From an uncultured Gammaproteobacteria bacterium (GTDB lineage: Bacteria > Patescibacteriota > Patescibacteriia > UBA11705 > JABHMO01): 64,000 nucleotides of DNA. The DNA lies in the NCBI GenBank assembly GCA_964590105.1, contig CAZPYM010000002.1, forward strand, positions 90,697 to 154,696. Reading direction: 5' to 3'. This document shows positions 18,561 to 28,721 of the stretch, one piece after another. The position numbers were made by a program, and so were the translations under genes. The notes under the pieces were generated by a model. The model had not been told where the DNA came from. It did not search any database and worked only from the letters and a program-made list of their open reading frames with translations. Within the stretch, counting starts at the first letter, position 1. Each line of letters begins with the position of its first letter.

Positions 18561-20081
18561 CTAGCCCTTTGGCCTGTATTGTAACGCCTCGGCAATGTGT
18601 GTTGTTTTGATATCGGCAATGTTTTCCATGTCGGCAATTGTTCTGGAAATTTTTAGAATTCGGTGATATGAACGGGCAGACAAATGAAGTTGATTTACCG
18701 CCGATTTCATCAGGTCGAGCGATGGTTGATCAAGCTGGCAAAATATTTTAATATCCTGCGGCCGCATTTCCGAATTGTATTTAATTGGTGAGTTTTGAAA
18801 TCTTTGTCTTTGAATTTTGTGAACTTGAGTAATGCGCTGTTGAATTATGGCCGAAGATTCGCTTTTTTGAGATTCCTGCAGTTTTTCAAAATTTAATCTT
18901 GGCACTTCCACATGCAAATCAATGCGGTCAATGATCGGGCCGGATATTTTTTTATTGTATTTAATAATCTGGCTAGGCGAGCAAACGCAATTTTTATCAG
19001 GGTCAGAATAATAGCCGCAGGGGCAGGGATTTTGGCTGGCGACGAGAGTGAATCTGGCAGGGAAAGTCAAAGTTCCCTGCGCCCTTGAAACGGTGATAAT
19101 GCCGTCTTCAAGTGGTTGGCGTAGATTTTCCAGAACCGGCCGGGGAAATTCCGGAAATTCATCCAGAAAAAGAATTCCCCGGTGCGCCAGGCTTATTTCG
19201 CCAGGCTTTGGAATTCGTCCGCCGCCAACCAGAGCGGCGCCCGAGCTGGTATGATGAGGCGAGCGAAAAGGGCGGCGGCGGATCACCGGCTCGCCCTGTG
19301 GCAAAAGACCGGCGATGGAATAAATTTTTGTCACCTCGAGAATTTCATCTTCCCCCATCGCCGGCAGAATGGAAGGTAGGGTTCTAGCCAAAAGAGTTTT
19401 TCCGGATCCGGGTGGCCCGCTTAATAAAATATTGTGCGCGCCGGCAGCGGCGATCTCGAGCGCCCTCTTGGCTTGCTCCTGCCCATGGACGAAAGCCATG
19501 TCCGTGTCAAAACAAACCGGCTGCTCGGTTGTTTCTAAAAGAGAATAGTCAAAAGGAATTATCTTTTCAATGCATTGCAAATGATCGACCAGCTGGCGCA
19601 AATTTTTTACCGGATAAATATTCAGGTCAGAAATTAAGCCGGCTTCTGTCGCATTATCTGCCGGGATGTATAAATTTTTGAAGCCTTTTTCTTTGGCGAA
19701 AATAGCAGCCGGCAAAATTCCGTTGGTGTGGCGCAGGTCGCCGCTTAGGGCGAGCTCTCCGATAAACAAACTGTCGTTCAAATCGCCGGCTTCAAGCTGA
19801 TCAGAATTAACTAATACGGATAGAGCAATCGCCAGGTCGTAAGAAGGGCCTTCTTTGCGCAGGTCAGCCGGCGCCAGATTGACAATGCTTTTGTAGCGCG
19901 GAAAAGAAAAGCCGCTGTTTTTTATTGCCAGCCGAACGCGCTCCTTCGCTTCGTTAATAGCCGCGTCGGGTAGACCGACAATTACAAAATAAGTCTGATC
20001 AGTTTTTACTTGATCAGATTCGACTTCCACCAATTCGCAGTTTAGTCCAATATTCGCGCAGGAGTTTATTTTGGCAAACAT
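18561..20081 (-). CDS. comM: YifB/ComM family Mg-chelatase-like AAA+ ATPase
   Basis: N-terminal Lon-like subdomain, Walker A LLSGPPGSGKTLLAR, ChlI-type AAA core and C-terminal helical domain. 506 aa. Confidence 0.9.
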   Translation of the reverse strand: MFAKINSCANIGLNCELVEVESDQVKTDQTYFVIVGLPDAAINEAKERVRLAIKNSGFSFPRYKSIVNLAPADLRKEGPSYDLAIALSVLVNSDQLEAGDLNDSLFIGELALSGDLRHTNGILPAAIFAKEKGFKNLYIPADNATEAGLISDLNIYPVKNLRQLVDHLQCIEKIIPFDYSLLETTEQPVCFDTDMAFVHGQEQAKRALEIAAAGAHNILLSGPPGSGKTLLARTLPSILPAMGEDEILEVTKIYSIAGLLPQGEPVIRRRPFRSPHHTSSGAALVGGGRIPKPGEISLAHRGILFLDEFPEFPRPVLENLRQPLEDGIITVSRAQGTLTFPARFTLVASQNPCPCGYYSDPDKNCVCSPSQIIKYNKKISGPIIDRIDLHVEVPRLNFEKLQESQKSESSAIIQQRITQVHKIQRQRFQNSPIKYNSEMRPQDIKIFCQLDQPSLDLMKSAVNQLHLSARSYHRILKISRTIADMENIADIKTTHIAEALQYRPKG

Positions 20082-20136
20082 AAGAAAAAAGTTAAAAGGG
20101 AAAAGGGAAAAATTAAAAGTAAGAAAATAGTAAAGT

Positions 20137-20187
20137 GGATTTCCGCCAAAGGTGCCTGCCTGTGGCGGGGATGCGCCTTTAGCGCAA
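20137..20187. repeat. GC-rich palindromic intergenic repeat element, copy 3 (with insertion)
   Basis: ggatttccgccaaaggtgcctgcctgtggcggggatgcgcctttagcgca. Confidence 0.4.
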
Positions 20188-20329
20188 ACTTAATTAAATT
20201 TTTTCGTAATCGGCTGAACGCGGAATGCGCGAGCCGGAAGAAAGCCCTTTACATTTTAAGGATAAAGCGCGTAAATGTCAAAAAAAGACCCGCTTCTCGG
20301 CGGGAATTTTTTTATTAAATTTTTTGTAA

Positions 20330-20848
20330 TTAGAATACTTTGTTCACTACAAATATTACTCCGCCGACAATTATTACTCCGATCACTATCCAGCCAATAT
20401 TTTCCTGGCCGGATTGCGGTTGTTCGTTTTCCGGCAAAGGATTGTTTTCCAAGTAGGTCTTCACAAATAGTTGCGGATCCGGATATTCATTTACCGGCAG
20501 ATTGTAAAATTCAACAGCCTGGCTGATTTCATTTTCACTTTCTCCTTCAATCGCTTTGGCACCGATGAAAGTGACGGGAATGCCCTGCGGAGAAATTTTA
20601 TATGCGTAGTTAAACTCATTGAACTTGGTGACATATTTTGGGTCAGCCTTCATGTCAAAGTCATGAATAACTATTTGAGGGTATTCGTTTTGTTTCAGCG
20701 TTTCAAGTTGAGAAAGAATATTAGCGCAATGCGGGCAACCATTTTGTGTAAAAATATAAATGTCCATCGGCGATTCCGCTGCTTGCGTCGCAGAAGAAAT
20801 GGCAAACATGAAGACAAGCAGAAAACCGAAAAAAAATATTTTTTTCAT
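20330..20848 (-). CDS. Secreted/membrane-anchored thioredoxin-fold protein with CPHC active site
   Basis: Signal peptide, then FTQNGCPHCANILSQLE (CxxC), then a C-terminal TM helix. Start overlaps the lspA stop by 4 bp. Confidence 0.6.
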   Translation of the reverse strand: MKKIFFFGFLLVFMFAISSATQAAESPMDIYIFTQNGCPHCANILSQLETLKQNEYPQIVIHDFDMKADPKYVTKFNEFNYAYKISPQGIPVTFIGAKAIEGESENEISQAVEFYNLPVNEYPDPQLFVKTYLENNPLPENEQPQSGQENIGWIVIGVIIVGGVIFVVNKVF

Positions 20849-21318
20849 ATTGTTTTTTTACGTAATTCATTAATTACGAATAAGAACAGACAAACAACGA
20901 TGATGAAATCGGCCAGATTAAAGGCCGGCCATGAAAAATTATAAACGCTGATTGAAAAATAATCAACAACTCCTCGGTGCGCGAACCGGTCCAGTAAATT
21001 TGAAGCGGCAGCGCCGGTGATGAGGGATGTCAGGAGAATATCAAATCGGTCCCCTTTTTTCAATAACTGGTTCTCATAGTAAAGAAGCATGGCAATGGCG
21101 ACCGTGGTAAGTAAAATAATTAAAACCAGCGGGAACTTAATTCCAAAAGCAGCATATTGGTTGATGCTTTTTTCCAGGTGAATTTTTAAAAAATCAAAAT
21201 CAAAAAAAATCATACCTTCCGCGGGGAGCTTTATCATAATCGCGAATTTGATCGCTTGATCAATAAACAATGCGCCCACCTTTAATAAATTGGCGGGCGC
21301 GAAAAACTTACTATTCAT
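20845..21318 (-). CDS. lspA: Lipoprotein signal peptidase (signal peptidase II)
   Basis: GAAASNLLDRFAHRGVVDYF ... FNLADFIIV are the LspA motifs. Start taken at the MNSKFF Met (cat 21316-21318), adjacent to the upstream gene's stop. The ORF-track start 21411 overlaps that gene. Confidence 0.8.
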   Translation of the reverse strand: MNSKFFAPANLLKVGALFIDQAIKFAIMIKLPAEGMIFFDFDFLKIHLEKSINQYAAFGIKFPLVLIILLTTVAIAMLLYYENQLLKKGDRFDILLTSLITGAAASNLLDRFAHRGVVDYFSISVYNFSWPAFNLADFIIVVCLFLFVINELRKKTI

Positions 21319-21320
21319 TG

Positions 21321-21689
21321 CTATAGAGATTTTAGTTTTGTTTTGCAGCTGATGCAGGCGCCCGAAGTTGGTCTGGCCTTCAGTCTTTTGACGTTTATTT
21401 CCTGTTTGCAATATTTACAAATCCCGTAAGTGCCCTTTTTTAAGCTTTCAATCGCTTTATTCACATCGCGCAAAGATTTTTCCAGGGTTTTTTCCAGAGT
21501 GAGATTAAAACCATATTTCGCAACTTCCGAAGTATTGTCAGTTTCATCGTCGCCAATATCTTCGAATTGAGTCTCATAGTCCTCAGGATTGTGAGGATTT
21601 TTTTTTGCGAATTTCAAAAGTTCCGATTCCAGGTTTTCCTTTTCTTGCAAAAGAATTTGTTTGATTTCTTCAGTGTCTTTTTTGTTCAT
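21321..21689 (-). CDS. DksA/TraR-family C4 zinc-finger protein
   Basis: C-terminal CKYCKQEI...RLKARPTSGACISCK is the TraR/DksA zinc finger. N-terminal coiled-coil. Confidence 0.7.
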   Translation of the reverse strand: MNKKDTEEIKQILLQEKENLESELLKFAKKNPHNPEDYETQFEDIGDDETDNTSEVAKYGFNLTLEKTLEKSLRDVNKAIESLKKGTYGICKYCKQEINVKRLKARPTSGACISCKTKLKSL

Positions 21690-21922
21690 ATAATTCTTTC
21701 TTCAATATAGATAAGCATACACTACTTTAACGCAAAGTACAAGATCGCGAAGACAACAGGACCTCAACATTATTCTATATAATAATGTGCTTGTCAACAG
21801 GCAAAATAGGGCTTGAAACAGAGGAAAGGCTGTGCGATAAAAAGGTGTGATTTATGTGTTGGCTATTAATGCTGGATGATCATGTCATATCATATAGGGG
21901 TTAGTCAACCAGTAATCAGTTA

Positions 21923-22492
21923 TTAATAATTTTCACTTTGAACTTGATAATAGGCGCGCGGATGATCACAGCTCGGACACATTTCCGGCGCTTCTTTTCC
22001 AACGTGCAGATACCCGCATTCGCGGCAAATCCAAACTGTTTCGGTTTGCTTTTTGTGAACCGTGCCAGCTTCGACTTCGGCCAATAGTTTTTTATAACGT
22101 TCTTCGTGATGTTTTTCCGCTACGGCGATTGAGCGCAGTCGGCCGGCGATTTTGCTCAAGCCTTCTTCGTCAGCTATTTTTGCAAAGCCGGGATACATTT
22201 CCGTGTGTTCGTGATTTTCTCCGGCAATTGCAGCTTTCAGGTTTTCAATTGTGCTTCCAAAAACAGTGGGCGCGGTGGCGTCAACCACAAGTTCTGCCAG
22301 ACCTTTTTTAATTTCTTGAATGTGCTCAAATAAACGTTTGGCGTGGGTTTTTTCTTGCTCAGCAGTTTCCAAAAAAATGCCGGCAATTTGTTCATAACCC
22401 TCCTTTTGTGCTACTTTTGCATAATATGCGTAGCGATTGCGCGCTTGAGATTCGCCAATGAAGGCTTTAGTAAGGTTTTGTAGTGTCTTCAT
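21923..22492 (-). CDS. Rubrerythrin
   Basis: Ferritin-like diiron domain with EExxH pairs ([13 protein letters not shown]; [14 protein letters not shown]) plus a C-terminal rubredoxin-like CRECG...CPSCDH. Confidence 0.9.
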   Translation of the reverse strand: MKTLQNLTKAFIGESQARNRYAYYAKVAQKEGYEQIAGIFLETAEQEKTHAKRLFEHIQEIKKGLAELVVDATAPTVFGSTIENLKAAIAGENHEHTEMYPGFAKIADEEGLSKIAGRLRSIAVAEKHHEERYKKLLAEVEAGTVHKKQTETVWICRECGYLHVGKEAPEMCPSCDHPRAYYQVQSENY

Positions 22493-22599
22493 AAGGACGA
22501 GGGGGAATTAAGTTTCTAAAGTTTATCAGGTTGAAAGCAGTCAATGTCCGCAATTATCAACTTATTAATAAACCTAGTTCCCTTAATTTATTTTTAAAA

Positions 22600-23577
22600 T
22601 TATTTAATTTGAGCGTCTTCCTGAAATTTATTTAAAAATGTTTCGCTAACTGTTATAACTTGCTCCCAGTTCCAGCCATTATTTATCAAAGCTTGCTCAT
22701 TTATGATATGTTGCTTTGTTTGTTTATTCATCAAATACACCTTATCAGTATTTGCGGAGCGTAGCAAACTGCCCGATTTGAGTTGAAGCTCGGCGACAGT
22801 CGGCGAAAAGCCATTATCAATTTCTTCTTTATCCAAATATCCGTCTTGATCCGTATCGCTGGAAATTAAACTGGTTTTGTATCTCAATTCTTGTGATTTA
22901 GTTAGCCCGTCCAGGTCGCCGTCGAGCGAAGCTGAATTTTTTATTTCAGGGCTGGTGAAGATTGCCACTTTTGCGCCGGTTTTTGTTTTATTGCCGGCCA
23001 CAAAATCGTGCATGGCGTCTATAATTGTTTCATAGGAGTAGCGAAGATTGCGGCCATACTGCGTGCCCGGTTCCTGTGTGATGAATTCCTGATTAATGTC
23101 ATCATAACCAGAAATCACCAGTACATGATAATCAGGTCCGCCGTTCAGAAAATATGGATTTTTCAAATACTTGCCATACGCTGGTAAAATAATGGGATGT
23201 TTTTTTTGAATCTGCTCTTTCATTTGTTCAACCGTGGGACTGGCAACAACATCAGCTTCCCAATTAAAGAAATTATTTATCAATTGGGCAATTTTCCCGG
23301 CTTCTTCATCTTTGCTTTTGCCAAAGTAGGTTTCTTTAATCTGATTAATATTGGCAATACCTTGCTCGGCGGAGTTTAAATTAAGTTCCTGATTATTATA
23401 AAATGCATCTACAATTAAAATAGACGTCTCTTCGCAAGTGTTTTGCCACGACCCTGTCCAATTGCCGATAGGCGCTTGAGAGCTGAAACTGATATTTAGC
23501 GATTCGGCGATTACAGGAAAGGCTAAGATCATTATTATCAGCGCCGAGACAAGAGGAAGGTTTTTGAATGCTTTCAT
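22600..23577 (-). CDS. Secreted peptidase C39-like domain protein with Asp-rich Ca-binding (dockerin/TSP3-like) motifs
   Basis: Signal peptide; a papain-like core typical of C39_2 domains; SLDGDLDGLT and SDTDQDGYLDKEEID calcium-binding-type repeats. Confidence 0.45.
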   Translation of the reverse strand: MKAFKNLPLVSALIIMILAFPVIAESLNISFSSQAPIGNWTGSWQNTCEETSILIVDAFYNNQELNLNSAEQGIANINQIKETYFGKSKDEEAGKIAQLINNFFNWEADVVASPTVEQMKEQIQKKHPIILPAYGKYLKNPYFLNGGPDYHVLVISGYDDINQEFITQEPGTQYGRNLRYSYETIIDAMHDFVAGNKTKTGAKVAIFTSPEIKNSASLDGDLDGLTKSQELRYKTSLISSDTDQDGYLDKEEIDNGFSPTVAELQLKSGSLLRSANTDKVYLMNKQTKQHIINEQALINNGWNWEQVITVSETFLNKFQEDAQIK

Positions 23578-24128
23578 GTGAAAATAATATGTCTGTTGAT
23601 ATTATACAGTTTTACTGGCGAGCCAACAACTCCGGAAAACAAATTAACGGAAGTAAGCTATTTTTTCAAAAAAAAAGCGCGAACTGTACGCCCTATGAAA
23701 TAAATTATATGGCGAGCTCGCGCTCGTGTCTTGTGTAAAGCCGGCCTTCTTAGATAACTTTTAGAAGGTGTCATCCTTAAAAGCACAAAGCTTTCAAGAC
23801 TGTTGTGTGGACATCTGGTGTTTACCCTTCCACGGGAGAGCCGCTAGGGATCCCTGGTGAAATTTTTGTTTTTGTTTTTGATTGATCGAAATAGGAAGAG
23901 TAAGTAGATGTAATGGACCGAATGGCCCTAGAGTGAATTTTCCAAACTCAACTTGGAAAGTTGTGTTCAAAGAGCAAGTTTGCGAAAGAACATGTAGAAA
24001 TTGATGCATGGATCACTTCCTACCTCTATATTATAGCACGTTGAAAATACCCGGTCAAGGGTTTTAGGCAATTTTTGTAAATTTAGTTATTTCTTGTGAG
24101 AATTAAATGAATTGATAGGGTGTGAGCT

Positions 24129-24165
24129 GTGGATAACTCTGTGGATTTATCTACCTTATCCACAT
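24129..24165. promoter_or_regulatory. Cluster of three DnaA boxes (two perfect, convergent) outside oriC
   Basis: tgtggataa at 24129-24137 (reverse complement TTATCCACA, perfect). tgtggattt at 24141-24149 (7/9). ttatccaca at 24157-24165 (perfect). Confidence 0.5.
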
Positions 24166-24176
24166 GTTTGTATACA

Positions 24177-25400
24177 CTAGTCTATACAAATCGTATTTTG
24201 ATTGAAAATTCCAGTACGAAGAACAATATGATTGAAGAAGTTACTTAGCTCGGCACTTTGGGGTTTGATATATAGACAATTTTTTGAAAACATGCCGGAA
24301 CAGCTGGTCGTGTTTATGTTGGCCGGCGATGAAACGATTGATTCATGCGGAAAATTATTATTAATAATCAGCTGACCGTCGACTTCGGTTAGTCGAAGGT
24401 CTAAATTTATTTTTGGTTCAGTCAAAATGTATTGTTGTTGGTAGTCACTGACAACAGTTTCAAATTTCCAAGCATTAGGATCAGCTATATATTGAATGGC
24501 CGTGGTTTGATCCGGCAGCAGTTTTGATTTTTCGCTAGGTAATGTTTGGGCTAGAATATTTAGGATGAACGACTGAAGCTGTTCGGTCGGGTTTTCTTTT
24601 TGAGAAGCGATTATCATGAATCCGTCCGGTGTTTGGGCAAATTCCACTGCCCCGTTTAATGATTTAAGCAGATGAAAAATAAAATTCTGCGGCGAATATT
24701 CTGCGTTTTGAACAATTTTTCCTGGAAATATATTGTTGAAGTAGGCACTGGTATCAGCCGGCAGGACAGAAATTTGTGGTTTTTCGTGCCTACCAACTTC
24801 TTGTCCGGTGAGCCCGTGAGTTTTCAAACAAAGAGTGTTTTCGTGCGCACTGCCGGCCAATGCCAGCGGTGAAGATGGCTGATCCGCGACAAAAGGGATT
24901 TTTAAAGTGCGGATGTCTTTTATATAGATGAGAAAATTCGTAAAAGCTATTTTGCGCCGCGTTTGTTTGAACCATTCCGTTTCATGTAGTTTGTCGGCGG
25001 AAACAGTCAGTCGTGGGAAAAACAAGACTTTGCCTTCGCGCGTGAAGGAAGTTTCATTGCGTGAGATTAGTTCGAGCGTTTTCTGCGTGTCCTTGGCTAC
25101 GGCAAACACCTGCCCATTTAAGGAAAAAAAGCCAACTTCTTCATCCAGGTGTTCAAGAATAGATTGCCATCTGCCAGCAGACATGGCGCTTTTGTCTTCA
25201 AGCCAGGAAAGATAAAAGATTCGTTGTTTTTCTGGAATTTTCAAAAGGTTTTGTGTTGTTGTGTGGAAATAGGCCTCTGCCTGCGCCGGAACGTATTTGA
25301 CAAGATGGTCGTTATGATTGAAAAACAAAAATAGCCAACAGCCGACGAAGACGGTTACTGATAAAACAAAAAGCCAGAATTTTAATCGAAAGTAACTCAT
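24177..25400 (-). CDS. Hypothetical membrane-anchored protein (407 aa)
   Basis: N-terminal TM helix; no recognisable motifs. Confidence 0.4.
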   Translation of the reverse strand: MSYFRLKFWLFVLSVTVFVGCWLFLFFNHNDHLVKYVPAQAEAYFHTTTQNLLKIPEKQRIFYLSWLEDKSAMSAGRWQSILEHLDEEVGFFSLNGQVFAVAKDTQKTLELISRNETSFTREGKVLFFPRLTVSADKLHETEWFKQTRRKIAFTNFLIYIKDIRTLKIPFVADQPSSPLALAGSAHENTLCLKTHGLTGQEVGRHEKPQISVLPADTSAYFNNIFPGKIVQNAEYSPQNFIFHLLKSLNGAVEFAQTPDGFMIIASQKENPTEQLQSFILNILAQTLPSEKSKLLPDQTTAIQYIADPNAWKFETVVSDYQQQYILTEPKINLDLRLTEVDGQLIINNNFPHESIVSSPANINTTSCSGMFSKNCLYIKPQSAELSNFFNHIVLRTGIFNQNTICID

Positions 25401-25454
25401 ATTAATTTAATTTTAACTTAATACGTGAGAAAAAGCCAGTTTTTTTATTTATTA

Positions 25455-25488
25455 AAAAAAACAACGCCCTTGAAGGCGTTGAATGTAA
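25455..25488 (-). terminator. Rho-independent terminator (minus strand)
   Basis: Minus-strand reading caacgccttcaagggcgttg followed by ttttttttaataaat. Confidence 0.5.
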
Positions 25489-25491
25489 TGA

Positions 25492-26169
25492 TTATCGGGA
25501 ATACCAACCGTCGACAAATTCAATGCAGTCGTTGAATTTTCCGGCAAAGAGCAGTTTATAGGGACCGCTCTGAAAACCTCCTCCGAGGAGAATAGTTTTT
25601 CCGGAGTTTTGTTTTAGGGTTCTCCAGAACTCGGCGTTGTTGTGAAACCAAGCGGACGAGAGTTGATACGTCACAGTGATGATGTCGACTTTGTCCAGCT
25701 CAGCCCAGGTATGCCAGCGAAAATAGCCTTTGTTTGACTTGAAAAGCAAGCAGCCATTTTTATTTGCCCAAAGCGTGTGAATGCTTAGGGCGCAATTGAA
25801 TCGACGCTTGACCGCCAGGCCGAGAGTCAGATCATAAACGTCAATGTGCGCAATCGAGCGCGGCAGCCTGGGAATTTCTTCGGCTTTGATGTTTTTCAAT
25901 TCCAGAACAATGGGAATTTTATGCTGATTTGAAGCATCAATCAGCGATTGATACGGCCAAGCTTGTTTTTTCCAAAATCTCCAGGTCAGCCAGTACAGGT
26001 AAAACAGGGGCATGACCATGAAAAAGGTAAAAATGCCGCCGGGGTGGAACATATACAGGCCGTGCCAGATATTGACCAGATCGCCCTCAGCATAGTGCCG
26101 CCGGTCGATCGTTTCATACGATTCATAGCGGTTTGCCTTGCGATGGATGATAATTTTCTTTTCGTCCAT
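25492..26169 (-). CDS. Hypothetical membrane protein (225 aa)
   Basis: Two TM helices near the N-terminus (FTFFMVMPLFYLYWLTW); no recognisable family. Confidence 0.4.
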   Translation of the reverse strand: MDEKKIIIHRKANRYESYETIDRRHYAEGDLVNIWHGLYMFHPGGIFTFFMVMPLFYLYWLTWRFWKKQAWPYQSLIDASNQHKIPIVLELKNIKAEEIPRLPRSIAHIDVYDLTLGLAVKRRFNCALSIHTLWANKNGCLLFKSNKGYFRWHTWAELDKVDIITVTYQLSSAWFHNNAEFWRTLKQNSGKTILLGGGFQSGPYKLLFAGKFNDCIEFVDGWYSR

Positions 26170-26320
26170 TTCCTCCTCCCCCCCATTGATTTGTAATTAT
26201 GAAAGAACCGACATTAAAGAATAGTATAATTTTATTGAATTGTCAATATAGGCGACAAAAACAGCCGCAGGTTATTGTCTGCAACTGTTTTTTATTACAC
26301 ATTGAATCAGTAATTAAGTC

Positions 26321-28471
26321 CTACGCTTTTTTGATTGACAAACTGATTTTGCCGTTTTCCGGATCAAGTTTGATTACTCTGACTTTTACTTCCTGGCCCT
26401 CTTTCAAATATTTATTTACATCCATAACTCTTTCTTTGTCGGTGATTTCCGAAATATGCAAAAGGCCTTCAGTCCCCGGGAAAATTTCTACAAAAGCGCC
26501 GAAATCAGTTATTTTGATAACCTTGCCATTGTATATTTTATCGAGCTCTGGTTCGCGTGTTAAATCTTCAATCCAGGCTTTCGCTTTTTTCATTCCTTCA
26601 GCGGAAACAGAGGTGACGTATACGCTTCCGTCGTCTTCAATATCGATTGCCACGCCGGTTTCATCAATAATTTTATTAATTATTTTGCCACCCGGCCCGA
26701 TTACCATTCGGATTTTATCAGGATTGATTTTAATCGTTTCAATGCGCGGGGCGTGTTCGGAAAGTTCAGCTCTTGGCGCCGGGATATTTTTGATGATCAC
26801 GTCAAGGATTTCGTTTAATGCTTGCCGGCCTTGTGATAATGCTTGGCCAATAATTTCAAGCGTTAAACCGTCAGTCTTTGTGTCCATTTGAATCGCTGTC
26901 AAGCCATCATAGGTTCCGGTCATTTTGAAGTCCATCCCGCCCTCGCCATCTTCAAGATCCTGAATGTCAGTTAGAATTTTAAATTCTTTATGATTTGCCG
27001 AAGAAGCTAGTCCCATGGCAATGCCGGCAACAGGTTTTTTGATTGGAACGCCGGCGTCCATTAACGCCAATGTTGATCCGCAGGTTGAAGCCATTGAGCT
27101 TGAGCCATTTGAGCCAAGCACTTCTGATACAACGCGAATTGTATATGGGAAAGTTTCTTTGTCTGGAATCATTGGTTGGAGCGCTTTTTCTGCGAGAGCG
27201 CCATGTCCGATTTCTCTTCGTCCGGCGCCGCGCATGAAAGCTGCCTCGCCAACTGAGAACGGCGGGAAGTTATAATGATGCATGTATCTTTTTTTGCCGA
27301 CGGTTTCCATTTCATCCAGAACCTGTTCATCGCCTGGCGATCCCAGGGTGACCACTGATAGAACTTGGGTTTCACCGCGATTAAATAGACCGCTGCCATG
27401 TACTCTTGGGATCAGTCCGACCTGGCAACTTAATTCGCGAATGTCAGTCAGTTTTCTACCATCCACGCGTTGTCCTCGTTCAATGAGCGCGCTGGTAATC
27501 TGTTCGTCAATAAAGGGGTCAAAGAATTCCATGATTTTCTTGCGGCGGTCTTTGCCAACCTGCTTTTGTAGTAAATGTTCTTCCAGAAGCTCCTTGACTT
27601 TGCTTAGGGTTTTTTTCCTTTCTCCCTTGCTTCCCTTTGGAATGTTGAACAGATATTTTTCCAATTCTTTTTTAGCTATTTCCCGGCATTCATCCTGCAG
27701 TTTAGTTAATTCGACCAAACCCATTTTTTGATTTTCGTCCAGGTCTTCAAGGTCAACGTCAACTTTTGGCAGGAGCTGTTTTTCCTTGCCAACTTTCTTG
27801 CGGATGTCGTCGATGAAGCTGACTATTTTTTTGCCATGCTTTAGTCCGAATTCAAAAGCGTCCAAAACAGTTTTTTCATCAATTTCATTGGCGCCGGCTT
27901 CAACCATCACTACTTTGTTGGCAGTCATTGAAAAAGTTAAATCAAGGTTTGATTTTTGTCTGGCAACGTAAGTCGGGTTAATCACCCATTCGTTTTCGAT
28001 TTTTCCAATGCGGATGCAAGTCAGGGGGCCATTAAAAGGGATGTCTGAAATGTGCAGTGCGATTGATGCGCCAATTGTGGCCGGAATATCGGCGTCATTT
28101 TCACCGTCAATCGAAAGCACGGTGATAATCACCTGGATCGCCCGGCGGATTGATTGATCAAAAAGCGGACGAAGTCCCCTGTCGATCATTCGTGAAACCA
28201 AAACTGCTTCATCGCTTGGTCTGGTTTCGCGTTTAATAAATCTGGATCCTTTGATTCTGCCGGCGGCGTATAATTTTTCTGAATACTCCACCATCAGAGG
28301 AAAGTAACTCGCGTTTTCATCTACTTCTGAATTCATGACCGCGGTCGCGAGTACCAGCGTGTCTCCGTACTGAACTGTGCAACTGCCATTAGCCTGCAAA
28401 GCAAGATCGCCGGTTTTAACAATGAGTTTTTTGCCGGCAAACTCTGTTTCAAATGTTTGCGTTTTTTCCAT
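26321..28471 (-). CDS. pnp: Polyribonucleotide nucleotidyltransferase (PNPase)
   Basis: Two RNase PH-like domains, KH (IGPGGKIINKIIDETG) and C-terminal S1 (GKVIKITDFGAFVEIFPGTEGLLHISE). 716 aa, downstream of rpsO. Confidence 0.97.
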   Translation of the reverse strand: MEKTQTFETEFAGKKLIVKTGDLALQANGSCTVQYGDTLVLATAVMNSEVDENASYFPLMVEYSEKLYAAGRIKGSRFIKRETRPSDEAVLVSRMIDRGLRPLFDQSIRRAIQVIITVLSIDGENDADIPATIGASIALHISDIPFNGPLTCIRIGKIENEWVINPTYVARQKSNLDLTFSMTANKVVMVEAGANEIDEKTVLDAFEFGLKHGKKIVSFIDDIRKKVGKEKQLLPKVDVDLEDLDENQKMGLVELTKLQDECREIAKKELEKYLFNIPKGSKGERKKTLSKVKELLEEHLLQKQVGKDRRKKIMEFFDPFIDEQITSALIERGQRVDGRKLTDIRELSCQVGLIPRVHGSGLFNRGETQVLSVVTLGSPGDEQVLDEMETVGKKRYMHHYNFPPFSVGEAAFMRGAGRREIGHGALAEKALQPMIPDKETFPYTIRVVSEVLGSNGSSSMASTCGSTLALMDAGVPIKKPVAGIAMGLASSANHKEFKILTDIQDLEDGEGGMDFKMTGTYDGLTAIQMDTKTDGLTLEIIGQALSQGRQALNEILDVIIKNIPAPRAELSEHAPRIETIKINPDKIRMVIGPGGKIINKIIDETGVAIDIEDDGSVYVTSVSAEGMKKAKAWIEDLTREPELDKIYNGKVIKITDFGAFVEIFPGTEGLLHISEITDKERVMDVNKYLKEGQEVKVRVIKLDPENGKISLSIKKA

Positions 28472-28695
28472 AAATTTTTTCTGGCCGCCAAATTACAGAT
28501 CTCTTTTTGGGTGGAAGTTGGTACTTGGTATATAGATGCGGGATTAGAAAATGGACGCTGGAGGTTGAAATTAGGAATTGAATTTAACTCCAATTTCTTA
28601 CCTCCTTTCTCGTATCCATATACCACGCACCCACTTCCCTTGGTTAAAGAAATCTACTTATCTGACGACCAAGTTAATTATTTTAATAAAAGGAA

Positions 28696-28714
28696 GGCCC
28701 TCAATAGGAGGGCC
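28696..28714 (-). terminator. Hairpin between rpsO and pnp (partial terminator/processing stem)
   Basis: ggccctcaataggagggcc immediately after the rpsO stop, followed on the minus strand by UUCCUUUUAUU. Analogous position to the rpsO t1 and pnp-leader hairpins of other bacteria. Confidence 0.5.
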
Positions 28715-28721
28715 GCCTTTT

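Noticed and set aside
23578-24120. Structured non-coding RNA (SRP RNA, 6S, RNase P RNA, tmRNA) in the 600-bp gap
   Set aside because: The window was searched by eye for the conserved cores (GGAAGCAGCC-type SRP motif, AGTCCGGGC RNase P core, tRNA-like tmRNA 3' end). None was found; the T-arm-like ttcgattcc/ttcgaatc sequences all belong to the annotated tRNAs. The gap remains unexplained apart from the DnaA boxes.
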